Made by a program: the position numbers and the translations under genes. Source: a bacterium (GTDB taxonomy: Bacteria; Auribacterota; UBA6266). From it: DNA of 64,000 nucleotides. Of this stretch, positions 19,826 through 30,172 are shown piece after piece. Each line of letters opens with the position of its first letter. Position 1 is the stretch's first letter. The DNA lies in contig JALOBK010000001.1 in the NCBI GenBank assembly GCA_023228325.1, positions 1,596,111 to 1,660,110 on the forward strand. The letters run 5' to 3'. A model generated the notes under the pieces. That model searched no databases and was not told the origin of the DNA. It saw nothing but the letters and a program-made list of their open reading frames with translations.

Positions 19826-21298
19826 ATGAAGATCATTTCAGGTTTATTCAGTAACGATGGGACCTTATCTCAAAAAACAGTAAGAGGTGGGGTGTGGATT
19901 TTTGGTTCTCTAATTTTGAGCAGGATATTATTTTTTGTTAGGACAATTATATTAGCTAAGCTTCTTATGCCTAACGACTTTGGTTTGATGGGAATAGCTG
20001 TTCTTACAATAACGGGATTACAGCTATTCAGTGAAACTGGAATCACATATGCAATAGTACAGAAAAAAAATATTTCAGAGGATGTTCTCAATACTGCTTG
20101 GGTTATGTCAATATTACGCGGAACAGTTCTCTTTATTGTGCTTTTCTCCTTATCTCATATTATTGCAACCTTTTATAATAATCTAAAATTAGAAGCTATG
20201 CTTAGAGTCCTCTCTTTTTCTTTTTTATTTATAGGTTTTCAAAATGTGGGCATTGTGCTTTTTCAAAAAGATTTGAATTTTAAAAAAAGAGCTTTGTTTA
20301 TTACTGCAACAGATTTTGTAAATATAGTTTTAACTGTTGTTTTTGCTTTTGTTTTTAAAAGTGTTTGGGCTATGGTTATAGGACATCTTGTGGGTAACTT
20401 AACAGGATTAATTGTTTCATATATGATTCATCCTTTTAAGCCCTCATTTAAGTTTAATCCTAATATTGCAAAAGAGCTGTTCAATTTTGGTAAACATGTG
20501 TTCGGATCATCTATCATGATTTTTTTTGTTACACAAGGTGATGATGCATTGGTGGGAAAAATACTGGGCTTAGACGCTCTTGGCTTTTATGTATTAGCTT
20601 ATAGTTTATCTAATTCGCCAGCTACTGCGATTACCCATGTTATTTCACAAGTAAGTTTTCCTGCTTATTCGAAAGTACAGGATGATCTCATGAAACTCAG
20701 TAAAGGATATTTAGAAATATTGAAAATCACTTCATTGTTGGCTTTTTGTTTGGCGGGAGGACTTTTTATCCTTGCTCCGGAGTTTATAAGAATAGTTTAT
20801 GGCGATAAATGGCTGCCTATGTTACCTGCAGTATTGGTACTATGTTTTTTAGGGATTTTTCGTTCAATTGGAGCAACTATGGGACCAATTTTTTTCGCCG
20901 TTGGCAAACCCTACATACAGAATAAAATAAAACTCTTCGAATTAATAGTCATGGTTATCATTATATATCCACTAGTAAAATTTCTAGGGATTGTCGGTGC
21001 TGCATTAGCAGGAACAATTGTTTATTTGTTAAGCCTAATATTTCATTATTATAATCTTGTAAATATTTGTGAGAATCTAAAGGTAAAAATTTTAAAAGTT
21101 GTAATGAAACCATTTTTAGCCACATTGTTGATGATTTGGTTTTTATATTTACTGAAGAATTATATTTTTACATGTATAAACCTGCCCAATCTAATAATTA
21201 TTATTGGCTTAGGGATAAGTTTTTATATGACATTTAATTTTCTGTTTGATAAAAGCTTGTTTAAACTATTGAAAACAGTAATTAGTGCTATAACCTAG
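19826..21298 (+). CDS. Polysaccharide flippase (Wzx, MOP superfamily)
   Basis: 490 aa, ~12-14 predicted TM helices; AAGGAG RBS upstream; position after Wzz/kinase genes. Confidence 0.75.
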   Translation: MKIISGLFSNDGTLSQKTVRGGVWIFGSLILSRILFFVRTIILAKLLMPNDFGLMGIAVLTITGLQLFSETGITYAIVQKKNISEDVLNTAWVMSILRGTVLFIVLFSLSHIIATFYNNLKLEAMLRVLSFSFLFIGFQNVGIVLFQKDLNFKKRALFITATDFVNIVLTVVFAFVFKSVWAMVIGHLVGNLTGLIVSYMIHPFKPSFKFNPNIAKELFNFGKHVFGSSIMIFFVTQGDDALVGKILGLDALGFYVLAYSLSNSPATAITHVISQVSFPAYSKVQDDLMKLSKGYLEILKITSLLAFCLAGGLFILAPEFIRIVYGDKWLPMLPAVLVLCFLGIFRSIGATMGPIFFAVGKPYIQNKIKLFELIVMVIIIYPLVKFLGIVGAALAGTIVYLLSLIFHYYNLVNICENLKVKILKVVMKPFLATLLMIWFLYLLKNYIFTCINLPNLIIIIGLGISFYMTFNFLFDKSLFKLLKTVISAIT

Positions 21299-21310
21299 GC
21301 AAAACATAAA

Positions 21311-22696
21311 ATGAAATATAGTTCGGAAGAACATCCGATAATTGAGTTCCCTGCTTTACTAAAAATCTTTCTAGTATTTATTATGTTTTGTTTTGGAATT
21401 AGCCTTTTATTTTTACCTTGTTACATAGTTTTAGCATTATTTTTTGTTTTTTGTATAACTATTGGGATAGTTTTTAATCCCTTTATTGGGGTTATTCTTT
21501 TTTTAACAACTATTTATCTCCATGTTATGGCCTTTGCACCTGTGGAACTTGTTCTAATACATCCTGCTATAATTGCTGGAGGTATTGTGTTTTTTTCTTG
21601 GCTTTTTCATATTATTATTTTTAAAGATTTTAGTTTTCCAAATTCATCTCAGTTTTATTGTGTTGTGGGATTTAGTTTTATTGCTTTTCTCTCTATAATT
21701 TATCATTATAACGATTATAGTAACTTTTTTTTGGTTTTTAACCTTATTAAAATGTTGATTTTGTATTTTCTCATAGTAAATATGATTAAGACCAAAAGAC
21801 AATTTTATATATCATTAAGTTTAATCTTAGTATTGACTTTTAGCACCGCTTTTTATGGTATTTTGCAATATTTGCAAAGTGGGGGTAGCGGGGATATGAG
21901 TAGGGTTGTTGGTTTTGAGGGTAATCCAAATGCTCTTTCTATGAATTCGGTTTTGATTGTTCCCTGTCTTTTAGGTTTTATTTATTATCAATTTTCTCTT
22001 AAGTTAAAGTTGCTGTTTCTTGTTATATTTCTTGTAATTTTATTAGGTATTATTTTTACATTTTCTCGTGCCGGTTTTGTCACTTTAGCAGCAGTCTTTT
22101 CAATGAGTTTATTTGTGTTTAGTAAGGGGCGTGCTAGATTCATTATGGCAACAATCCTGTTTTTGCTTTTTATGGTTTTATTGCCTTTTTTGCCAGAACA
22201 ATATTGGGAACGTATTCAGTCAATAACTGATTTAAAAGAGGCAAGTATTGTGGCCAGGTTAGATAGCTATCGGGTTGGTTTGCAAATGATAAAGGATAAT
22301 CTGTTGATAGGTATTGGTCCAGGGAGATGGCATGCTGAATATGTTCCACATGCTGTTAAATTATTAGGTATTACAGCATATACAAAGTATCCTCACAACG
22401 TATTTATTGAAGTTGCAGCAGAAATAGGTGTTATTGCATTGATATTATATGGATTTTTGCTTTTTTTTAGCTTTAAAGAATTGAATGAAGCGCGTAAAAT
22501 TTTTAAAGAGAAGAAAGAATTTTTGTTGTCAATAATTTCCCAATCATTCTTAATAAGTTTAATAGGTTTTTTAGTTAACACCACCTTTGAAGCTGGTATT
22601 GGGTTAAAAATATTTTGGTTAATCGCTGGACTTGCTGTTGTATTGAAAAAAATAGCAATAAATATAGAACCTAAACCACAGATAAAAAATTCCTGA
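21311..22696 (+). CDS. O-antigen ligase/Wzy-like polysaccharide polymerase family membrane protein
   Basis: 461 aa polytopic membrane protein with large loop containing 'FTFSRAGF' and 'YPHNVFIEVAAEIG', typical of Wzy_C/O-antigen ligase domain. Confidence 0.7.
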   Translation: MKYSSEEHPIIEFPALLKIFLVFIMFCFGISLLFLPCYIVLALFFVFCITIGIVFNPFIGVILFLTTIYLHVMAFAPVELVLIHPAIIAGGIVFFSWLFHIIIFKDFSFPNSSQFYCVVGFSFIAFLSIIYHYNDYSNFFLVFNLIKMLILYFLIVNMIKTKRQFYISLSLILVLTFSTAFYGILQYLQSGGSGDMSRVVGFEGNPNALSMNSVLIVPCLLGFIYYQFSLKLKLLFLVIFLVILLGIIFTFSRAGFVTLAAVFSMSLFVFSKGRARFIMATILFLLFMVLLPFLPEQYWERIQSITDLKEASIVARLDSYRVGLQMIKDNLLIGIGPGRWHAEYVPHAVKLLGITAYTKYPHNVFIEVAAEIGVIALILYGFLLFFSFKELNEARKIFKEKKEFLLSIISQSFLISLIGFLVNTTFEAGIGLKIFWLIAGLAVVLKKIAINIEPKPQIKNS

Positions 22697-22701
22697 AAGA
22701 A

Positions 22702-23856
22702 GTGAATAAGATAAATATAGCACATTTAACATCTCCTCGTAGGGATCAATTATCCGGTTCAGACAAAATAGTTCTGTCTATAATATCGAGATCAGACAAC
22801 AGAAGATTTAAACACATTGTATTTTGTGTGGGGGATCCTAATTGTAAAGACTGCTTATTAACAACAGAAGTAACTAAATTAGGAGGAAGAGTAGAAGTGA
22901 TAAATTTTCGGTGGTGTCTTGATATAAAATCTGTTCTTCTTTTAAGAAGGTTACTAAAGAAATATTCAATTAATATTTTGCAAACCTATGAATATAAAAG
23001 TAATTTTATGGGGTGGCTTGCCACAGTTTTTACCAATGTAAAAAAAATTGCCCGTATTGGTGGGTGGTTGGGTTTTGGGTTGACATTCAAAAATAGCAAA
23101 TTAGATCGGAAGGCATTTGTTTATGAAAAAATAGATTCTTTTGTAAGGCAGAAATTTGACAAAGTCATTGTTATATCAACTAATATTAGGGATAAACTTA
23201 TTGCTCAAAAATGTCCCCTTGAGAAAATAGCATTAATTTATAATGGTATTGATTCCGCTGAATTTTGCTCAGTTGATTCTGCCAAAACCAGGAGAAGTTT
23301 GAATATTAAACCTGGTATGAAAATTATAGGAACAGTGGGTCGTTTGACTTCTGAAAAAGGACATAAATATTTATTACAAGCTTTTACTAATATAATAAAA
23401 AAGTATCCCAAGACTAAAATTATTATTGTTGGTGAAGGTAATCTTAAACAAAAACTAATTAACTATTCGGAAAAATTAGGTATTAAAGATAGAGTGCTTT
23501 TTACTGGATTTGTGCTAGAAGTTGCCAAATACTTATCGATTATGGATGTTTTTGTTTTTCCCTCATTATGGGAGGGTTTTGGAATAGCTTTGATTGAAGC
23601 AATGGCAATGGGTATTCCTATAGTGGCCACTAGAACCGGGGGTATCCCTGATATAATAGAGAATAATATAACTGGTATTCTAGTAGAACCAGGAAATATA
23701 TTAGAGATGCAGGAAGGAATTGGCAAGCTCTTAACCGAAAGAGATGCATCGAGATTAATGGCGGAAAATGCCAAAATAGTGTTTCATAAGAAATTTTTAG
23801 TTGATGAAATGGTGAAGAAATATGAGGAAGTTTATTTGGAACTAATGAATCTATGA
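22702..23856 (+). CDS. Glycosyltransferase family 1 (GT-B, GT4-like)
   Basis: C-terminal 'FPSLWEGFGIALIEAMAMGIPIVATRTGGIPDII' (EX7E-type motif); GTG start. Confidence 0.85.
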   Translation: MNKINIAHLTSPRRDQLSGSDKIVLSIISRSDNRRFKHIVFCVGDPNCKDCLLTTEVTKLGGRVEVINFRWCLDIKSVLLLRRLLKKYSINILQTYEYKSNFMGWLATVFTNVKKIARIGGWLGFGLTFKNSKLDRKAFVYEKIDSFVRQKFDKVIVISTNIRDKLIAQKCPLEKIALIYNGIDSAEFCSVDSAKTRRSLNIKPGMKIIGTVGRLTSEKGHKYLLQAFTNIIKKYPKTKIIIVGEGNLKQKLINYSEKLGIKDRVLFTGFVLEVAKYLSIMDVFVFPSLWEGFGIALIEAMAMGIPIVATRTGGIPDIIENNITGILVEPGNILEMQEGIGKLLTERDASRLMAENAKIVFHKKFLVDEMVKKYEEVYLELMNL

Positions 23857-24965
23857 GTCGAATAAATAAAATACTAGTGATCTGCTTGCAAGGCATCGGG
23901 GATTTGTTGTTGCTTACCCCAGCATTATCTTTGTTGCGGAAAGGATATCCTAAAGCAGAAATTTCTATTTTAATTTCTAATAAAGCAAAAGATGTAGTTC
24001 TGGGTAATCCCAATATTGATGAACTAATAGTTTTTAAGCATGAAAATAAAAATATTTTTAGAATATTTAAATTATTGAGATATTTATCGAGGAAACATTA
24101 CGATTTATCTATTTGTTCTTATCCAACAGGGTTGCGTTCTGCACTTGCAGGGTATATATCTGGAGCAAAAATAAGAATTGGACAGGATGTATGGCCTTTA
24201 AGAAAATTTCCTTTTCTGTTTACAAATAAAATTAAGGTATCTGAAGTTAAACATGCAGTTGAAATGAATTTGGATCTTCTAAAACCGTTGAAATTGAACC
24301 CCGATATAAGTAACAGAAAATTGTTTTTCCCATTAGAAGGTAAACATAAAGAGTTTGTAAAAGAATTAAGGAAAATAAATCATATAGCAGATAGAGATTT
24401 TACCGTGTGTATTCATCCTACAGCATGCGCAGAATCGAGAAGATGGCCTATAGATAGATTTATAGAACTTGCTAATAATTTAGTTGAGATGTTTAATGCA
24501 ACAATAATACTTCTTGTCGCAGCGAATGAAAAAAATATTGCAAATGAAATTGAAAAGGGAGTAAAAAAACCTTTATTGGCAATGGTTGGTGCTCCGTTAA
24601 AAACAGTAGCTGCTATGATAGAAAGTGCTTCTTTATTTATTGGTAATAATTCTGGTCTTATGCATATCGCAACTTCAGTAGAAACTCCTACAATAGGGCT
24701 TTTTGGAGATACCGACCCTCGGATACATTCTCCATATGGTAGAAAATATATAATTGTAAGATCAAATTTGGATTGCAGCCCTTGTTACTATCCGCATCTT
24801 CATGGAACTCTAGAATGTGCGAAATTAGGGCGTGGTGTAGTAAGGCGCAAATTTAAGTGTATGCGAAATAATTACGAATGCATGAAATTAATTTCTGTTG
24901 GAGATGTACTAAAGGCTGTGGAATATCTTATTTCTGGAGAAAATGAGGAATTAAAGAATGAATAA
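23853..24965 (+). CDS. Glycosyltransferase family 9 (heptosyltransferase-like)
   Basis: N-terminus 'ILVICLQGIGDLLLLTPALSLL' and C-terminal 'GNNSGLMHIA' are characteristic of GT9; 4-bp overlap with upstream gene. Confidence 0.8.
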   Translation: MSRINKILVICLQGIGDLLLLTPALSLLRKGYPKAEISILISNKAKDVVLGNPNIDELIVFKHENKNIFRIFKLLRYLSRKHYDLSICSYPTGLRSALAGYISGAKIRIGQDVWPLRKFPFLFTNKIKVSEVKHAVEMNLDLLKPLKLNPDISNRKLFFPLEGKHKEFVKELRKINHIADRDFTVCIHPTACAESRRWPIDRFIELANNLVEMFNATIILLVAANEKNIANEIEKGVKKPLLAMVGAPLKTVAAMIESASLFIGNNSGLMHIATSVETPTIGLFGDTDPRIHSPYGRKYIIVRSNLDCSPCYYPHLHGTLECAKLGRGVVRRKFKCMRNNYECMKLISVGDVLKAVEYLISGENEELKNE

Positions 24966-26664
24966 AAAAATAAAAGTAGCATCTATAATCTTTCAATTTT
25001 TTACTATTCTTATAAGTACATTCTTTTATTGCGATATGATTGAGGCGAAAGAAAAAATTCTTATTGTGCCTACGCCTTTTTCTGTAGAATTAAAAGATTT
25101 TGATGTAGTTTTAGATGAGAATTGGAGCATAGTTGTAGACACTTCTAATGAAAATAATTTATTTTGCGCTAAATATTTAAGCGAAAAATTATCCCCCAAA
25201 AATCTCCACGCTATATCCATTGAAGGTAGCTTAAACCCGCTTTTTGGAAAAAATATTTTTCTCGGATTAACAAATGAGGATTTTATTAAGCAGCTTGTTA
25301 AAGAAAGAAATATAATAATTCCTCCTGAAATCGGGGATGAAGGTTACCTATTAGATATTTCTTCTGATTCTGTTGTTGTTATTGCTAATAAATCCAGAGG
25401 GCTTTTTTATGGAGTTACAAGTTTTCTTCAGTTGATTGCTTTTGAGAATGAACATTTGAAAGTTCCCGGTCTTAAGATTATAGATTATCCCAAACTCAAG
25501 TTAAGAGGAGTTCATATCCTGAACATAGATTATAATAAGATAGAAGATCAAATTGATATGATGGCATCCATGAAAATTAATACTGTAATATTTAGTGATA
25601 AAAATTATTTTAATTTAGAACAGGTAAGTTTTAGAAAACAAATTAAAGAAATTTTTAATTATGCCCGGGAGAGATTTATTGAGCCTGTTCCGGAAGTGGC
25701 CGCTCTTGGATCTGCATATCCTATGTTAGCTCTAAATCCCCATCTTGCTGAAGGAGTGTGGATTACTGATGAACATTATAAATTTGTAAATGATAAAGCC
25801 ATCCCAATAAAAGCAACAGGGCATAATCTCGTTAATGTTATAAGGACAAAGGAAACAGATATAGAAATTACGAATTTAGAAAAGAGTAAAATATATAAAA
25901 AAGATATAGACTATAGAATAATTGATGGTGTTATATCATATCCATACGATATGACCAATCAGCCGACTGAAATAGCAAAAATTTCAAATGGAGATATTAA
26001 AAACGGTGATGAAGTCTTGATAAGTTATGATTACGTTGAAAATAAATGTGCTTCGTATGCACCTTGGAATATTCCATATTGTCTGTCTTCTGAAGAAGCT
26101 CGGCAAGTTATGTTTTCTGCCATTAAAAATACGATTGAATTATTAAATCCTAAATATATTGACTTGGGATATAGCGAAATTGGAGGAATGAATAAGGATA
26201 GTCGTTGCAAAAGGAGAAATTTAACAAACGCAGAATTATTAGCTGATGATATAAATAATATGTATGGATTTATTAAGGGGATAAATCCAGAGATAAAATT
26301 GATGATATGGGATGATATGATTAATCCATGGCATAATGGTGGAGATGAGAATTATCAGGTGAAATATGGTGGTATTCCAGGGAAAACAGCTCCGACTATA
26401 AATATGATTCCCAAAGACATAATTATTATAGTATGGTGGTATAAATCCAATGATGGTTTAGGAAAAATGAAGCAAAGCCCTGCTTATTTTGAGAAAAAAG
26501 GGTTTCAATATTTGGTTTCATCTTGGAAAGACAAAGAAAACATTGAAAGCTGGGTCGAAATTGCAAATAAGAAAAAAGGATGCTTGGGGATGATTGCAAC
26601 ATCTTGGAATGGACTGGATAAAAATTTCAGCAATATAAAATATGCCGCAAGCTTAATGTGGTAA
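24958..26664 (+). CDS. Secreted hypothetical protein, glycoside-hydrolase-family-20-like
   Basis: 568 aa with N-terminal hydrophobic signal; 'KVPGLKIIDYPKLKLRGVHILNIDYNKIEDQIDMMASMKINTVIFSD' resembles the GH20 N-terminal/TIM-barrel junction, but the expected 'HIGGDE' catalytic pair appears as 'EIGGMNKD'. Confidence 0.4.
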   Translation: MNKKIKVASIIFQFFTILISTFFYCDMIEAKEKILIVPTPFSVELKDFDVVLDENWSIVVDTSNENNLFCAKYLSEKLSPKNLHAISIEGSLNPLFGKNIFLGLTNEDFIKQLVKERNIIIPPEIGDEGYLLDISSDSVVVIANKSRGLFYGVTSFLQLIAFENEHLKVPGLKIIDYPKLKLRGVHILNIDYNKIEDQIDMMASMKINTVIFSDKNYFNLEQVSFRKQIKEIFNYARERFIEPVPEVAALGSAYPMLALNPHLAEGVWITDEHYKFVNDKAIPIKATGHNLVNVIRTKETDIEITNLEKSKIYKKDIDYRIIDGVISYPYDMTNQPTEIAKISNGDIKNGDEVLISYDYVENKCASYAPWNIPYCLSSEEARQVMFSAIKNTIELLNPKYIDLGYSEIGGMNKDSRCKRRNLTNAELLADDINNMYGFIKGINPEIKLMIWDDMINPWHNGGDENYQVKYGGIPGKTAPTINMIPKDIIIIVWWYKSNDGLGKMKQSPAYFEKKGFQYLVSSWKDKENIESWVEIANKKKGCLGMIATSWNGLDKNFSNIKYAASLMW

Positions 26665-26704
26665 GCAGAGATTATAAATAGATAGTTTTATGGAGGTGTG
26701 CAAG

Positions 26705-27748
26705 GTGAAAAAAGCGTTAATTACGGGTGTAACCGGTCAAGATGGCTCGTATCTGGCTGAATTCCTTTTGAGTAAAGGTTATGAAGTTCATGGGATTATT
26801 CGTAGGGCAAGCACCTTTAATACAGGGAGGATAGATCATATATATAAAGATGCTCATAATCCTAAAGTAAAAATGTTTCTTTATTATGGAGACCTGTCAA
26901 ATGGAGAGCAAATTTCAAATATTATTTATAATATAGAACCTGACGAAGTATATCATCTGGCAGCTCAAAGCCACGTCCGTGTTAGTTTCGATTTGGCGGA
27001 ATATACTGGAGATGTAACTGCGTTGGGCACAACGAGAATCCTGGAAGCAATAAGAAGAAGTAAAAAAAACATTAAATTTTATCAAGCTTCTAGTAGTGAA
27101 ATGTTTGGGGCAGCTAAATCACCACAAAGTGAAACAACTCCATTTAAACCTCAAAGTCCTTATGCCTGCGCAAAACTTTACGCATATTGGACAGCGAAAA
27201 ATTATTGTGATGGATATAATGTTTTTGCTTCTAATGGGATCTTATTTAATCATGAATCTCCTCGTCGGGGTGAAACCTTTGTTACCCGCAAGATATCAAG
27301 AGCCGTTGCGGCAATTCTAGCAAAGAAGCAGGACTATCTATATTTGGGAAATCTTGATGCCAAACGGGATTGGGGATATGCTCCTGAATATGTGGAAGCA
27401 ATGTATAATATACTTCAGCTTGAAAACCCGGACGATTTTGTTATAGGGTGTGGGGAAGCTCATTCAGTGAAAGAATTTGTGCAAGAAGCATTTTCCTATG
27501 TTGGTTTAGATTGGGAAAAATATGTAAGAATTGATTCAAGGTATTTTCGTCCAACAGAAGTTATAGAGCTTATTGCTGACGCAAGTAAAGCTAAGGAAAA
27601 GATAAAGTGGAATCCTAAAATTACATTTAAAGATTTGGTCAAAATAATGCTTGATTCAGATATGCGGAGAAAGAGACTTAGGCCAATTGGAGAAGGAGAG
27701 CAAATATTAAAAGTTAAATTACCTGATAGGTGGTGGAAGGCAGATTAA
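26705..27748 (+). CDS. gmd: GDP-mannose 4,6-dehydratase
   Basis: '[38 protein letters not shown]' is near-identical to canonical Gmd N-terminus; GTG start 8 nt after GGAGG RBS (ORF-track ATG 26690 lacks RBS). Confidence 0.95.
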   Translation: MKKALITGVTGQDGSYLAEFLLSKGYEVHGIIRRASTFNTGRIDHIYKDAHNPKVKMFLYYGDLSNGEQISNIIYNIEPDEVYHLAAQSHVRVSFDLAEYTGDVTALGTTRILEAIRRSKKNIKFYQASSSEMFGAAKSPQSETTPFKPQSPYACAKLYAYWTAKNYCDGYNVFASNGILFNHESPRRGETFVTRKISRAVAAILAKKQDYLYLGNLDAKRDWGYAPEYVEAMYNILQLENPDDFVIGCGEAHSVKEFVQEAFSYVGLDWEKYVRIDSRYFRPTEVIELIADASKAKEKIKWNPKITFKDLVKIMLDSDMRRKRLRPIGEGEQILKVKLPDRWWKAD

Positions 27749-27749
27749 A

Positions 27750-28691
27750 ATGAATTTTTGGATAAATAAAAAAGTTTTGGTAACAGGTGGTTCTGGTTTT
27801 CTTGGTGGTTACGTTGTAGATAAATTGATAGAAAGAGGCGTAAATCGGGAAAATATAGAGATTCCGAAAATGAAAGATTGTGATTTAAGAGAAAAAGAAA
27901 ATTGTGCAAAGGTTGTAATAGGGAAAGACATTGTAATACATTTAGCTGCTGTTGTTGGAGGAATTGGGGCTAATAGTAAAAATCCGGCAAAATTCTTTTA
28001 TGATAACGCGATTATGGGTATTCAATTAATTCATGAAAGCTGGAGAGCTGGTGTCAAAAAATTTGTTGCGCTTGGAACAATATGTTCTTATCCTAAATAC
28101 ACCCCCGTGCCGTTTAGAGAAGAGAATTTATGGGATGGTTATCCTGAAGAAACCAATGCCCCTTATGGATTGGCAAAGAAAATACAATTAGTACAAACGC
28201 AAGCTTATTGTCGGCAATATGGTTTCAACGCAATCTATTTATTGCCGGTTAATTTGTATGGTCCTAGGGACAATTTTAGTCCTGAAATATCTCATGTAAT
28301 TCCCGCCTTAATAAAAAAGTGTTTTGATGCGATTAGACAGGAGAAGAAAGAAATAATTGTTTGGGGAACAGGAAAGGCGAGCAGAGAGTTTTTATATGTT
28401 GAAGACTGCGCAGAAGCAATTCTTATGGCAGCTGAAAAATATAACAAGCCCGATCCCGTTAATATTGGCGCAGGTTTTGAGATTTCGATCAAAGAACTAG
28501 TCAATTTAATTGCAGAGCTTACTGGGTTTAGAGGCAAGATTATATGGGATGTTAAAAAGCCTGATGGACAACCAAGAAGAATGCTTGACACTTCGAGTGC
28601 TTTTCGTGAGTTTGGATTTAAATCTAATACAAATTTAAGAGAAGGTTTAAAAAAAACAATAGATTGGTATTTTTCTAATCGAAATAATTAG
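27750..28691 (+). CDS. fcl: GDP-L-fucose synthase (GDP-4-keto-6-deoxymannose 3,5-epimerase/4-reductase)
   Basis: 313 aa; '[11 protein letters not shown]', 'NAPYGLAKK' (YxxxK), '[12 protein letters not shown]', 'SHVIPALI', '[12 protein letters not shown]' match Fcl/WcaG pattern; directly follows gmd. Confidence 0.9.
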   Translation: MNFWINKKVLVTGGSGFLGGYVVDKLIERGVNRENIEIPKMKDCDLREKENCAKVVIGKDIVIHLAAVVGGIGANSKNPAKFFYDNAIMGIQLIHESWRAGVKKFVALGTICSYPKYTPVPFREENLWDGYPEETNAPYGLAKKIQLVQTQAYCRQYGFNAIYLLPVNLYGPRDNFSPEISHVIPALIKKCFDAIRQEKKEIIVWGTGKASREFLYVEDCAEAILMAAEKYNKPDPVNIGAGFEISIKELVNLIAELTGFRGKIIWDVKKPDGQPRRMLDTSSAFREFGFKSNTNLREGLKKTIDWYFSNRNN

Positions 28692-28701
28692 AAGATAAAA
28701 C

Positions 28702-29334
28702 ATGAAAAATGAAATAAAAAAATATCTTATAGAAATACCGTTTTTTTATTTTATCAGGAGAAGTTGTGAAATAATCTCTCTTGTTGGATGGGTATTGAAA
28801 GGCAAGCCTATTCCACCTCCACATTTAGTAAAACAAAGAACACTTAGAAAATATGCGAATAAATTTACGGTAGATACATTAGTTGAGACTGGCACATATC
28901 TGGGCGATATGATATTTGCTATGAGACGCTTATTTAAAACTATTTATTCTATAGAAATGGATGAGCATTTATACAAAAAGGCAAAGAGCAGATTTTTGAA
29001 ATACTCAAACATTTCTATTTTTCATGGTGATACTTCTGATATTCTTCCCCAAATACTAAAAACATTGTATAAGCCGATATTATTTTGGCTTGATGCTCAT
29101 TATTCTGGGGGAATTACAACAAAAGGTTCTTTGGAATATCCTATAATAAAAGAGCTGCAATATATTTTCGGTCATTCAATACGGAATCATGTGATATTGA
29201 TAGATGATGCTCGAATGTTTGATGGGTGTGATGGACGACCCCAAATTAAACACATTATGGAACTTGCTTACAAAAATTATCCAAATTGTATTTTTGAAGT
29301 TGAAAACGATATTATCAGTATTTGCCCCAAATAA
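28702..29334 (+). CDS. Putative class I SAM-dependent methyltransferase (sugar O-methyltransferase-like)
   Basis: Motif-I-like 'TLVETGTYLGDM' and downstream acidic 'FWLDAHYSGG', 'ILIDDARMF'; 210 aa; located after gmd-fcl. Confidence 0.4.
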   Translation: MKNEIKKYLIEIPFFYFIRRSCEIISLVGWVLKGKPIPPPHLVKQRTLRKYANKFTVDTLVETGTYLGDMIFAMRRLFKTIYSIEMDEHLYKKAKSRFLKYSNISIFHGDTSDILPQILKTLYKPILFWLDAHYSGGITTKGSLEYPIIKELQYIFGHSIRNHVILIDDARMFDGCDGRPQIKHIMELAYKNYPNCIFEVENDIISICPK

Positions 29335-29343
29335 GGCACTTAA

Positions 29344-30141
29344 ATGAATGATATTGAAAGAACATTTGCTGTACTTGTTGTGTCTTGTGATAAGTATGCT
29401 GATTTATGGAAACCCTTTTTTCAGTTATTCTGGCAATTCTGGCCCGATTGCCCTACCAATGTTTATCTGCTTACTAATGAGATTTGTACAAGCTTCCCTC
29501 GAGTTAAAAATTTGCTGATTGGGAAAGATATATCCTGGTCAGATAATCTGCGCAAAGCCATACTTGAATTAGATGAAAAATATATATTTTTGTTTATAGA
29601 TGATCTTTTTTTATATGATTTTGTCAATGCAAGTAAGGTATTGGAAATTTTCAAGTGGATTTTAAAATCGAATCCCAATTATATAAGAATGAATCCCACA
29701 CAAAAGCCCGATAGCCCTTATAATGAATTAGTAGGCAGTGTTTCTAAAGGTACAATTTATAGGACCTCTACAGTTTTGTCTGTTTGGAAGAAAAACGTTT
29801 TATTGGATTTGTTGAAACAAGGTGAGAGCGCATGGGATTTCGAAGTTTATGGGTCTGTCAGATCTGATGTATATGAGGGGTTTTACTCTACATGGAGTCA
29901 TTATTTCCCTGTTATCAATTGTGTGGTTAAGGCTAAATGGCAGAGATCTGCAATTAGGAAATTTAAAAGATTAGGAATTAACATTGATTTAACCAAAAGA
30001 GAAAAAATGAATTGCCCCGAAACAATATTGTCTTACTTTAAATATTTACGATCAGGTTTATTGAATATGTTTCCTGCCAGATATAGAAGAAGAATAAAAG
30101 ACATCGTATTAAATGGAAAGTATGACTATAAAATAAAGTGA
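29344..30141 (+). CDS. Hypothetical protein (possible GT-A-like transferase)
   Basis: 265 aa; no recognisable family from sequence alone; contains 'YIFLFIDDLFL' (DD, DxD-like); embedded among glycosyltransferases on the same strand. Confidence 0.5.
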   Translation: MNDIERTFAVLVVSCDKYADLWKPFFQLFWQFWPDCPTNVYLLTNEICTSFPRVKNLLIGKDISWSDNLRKAILELDEKYIFLFIDDLFLYDFVNASKVLEIFKWILKSNPNYIRMNPTQKPDSPYNELVGSVSKGTIYRTSTVLSVWKKNVLLDLLKQGESAWDFEVYGSVRSDVYEGFYSTWSHYFPVINCVVKAKWQRSAIRKFKRLGINIDLTKREKMNCPETILSYFKYLRSGLLNMFPARYRRRIKDIVLNGKYDYKIK

Positions 30142-30172
30142 ATAATATCAAGCTCACATTAAAAGGGAAAAA

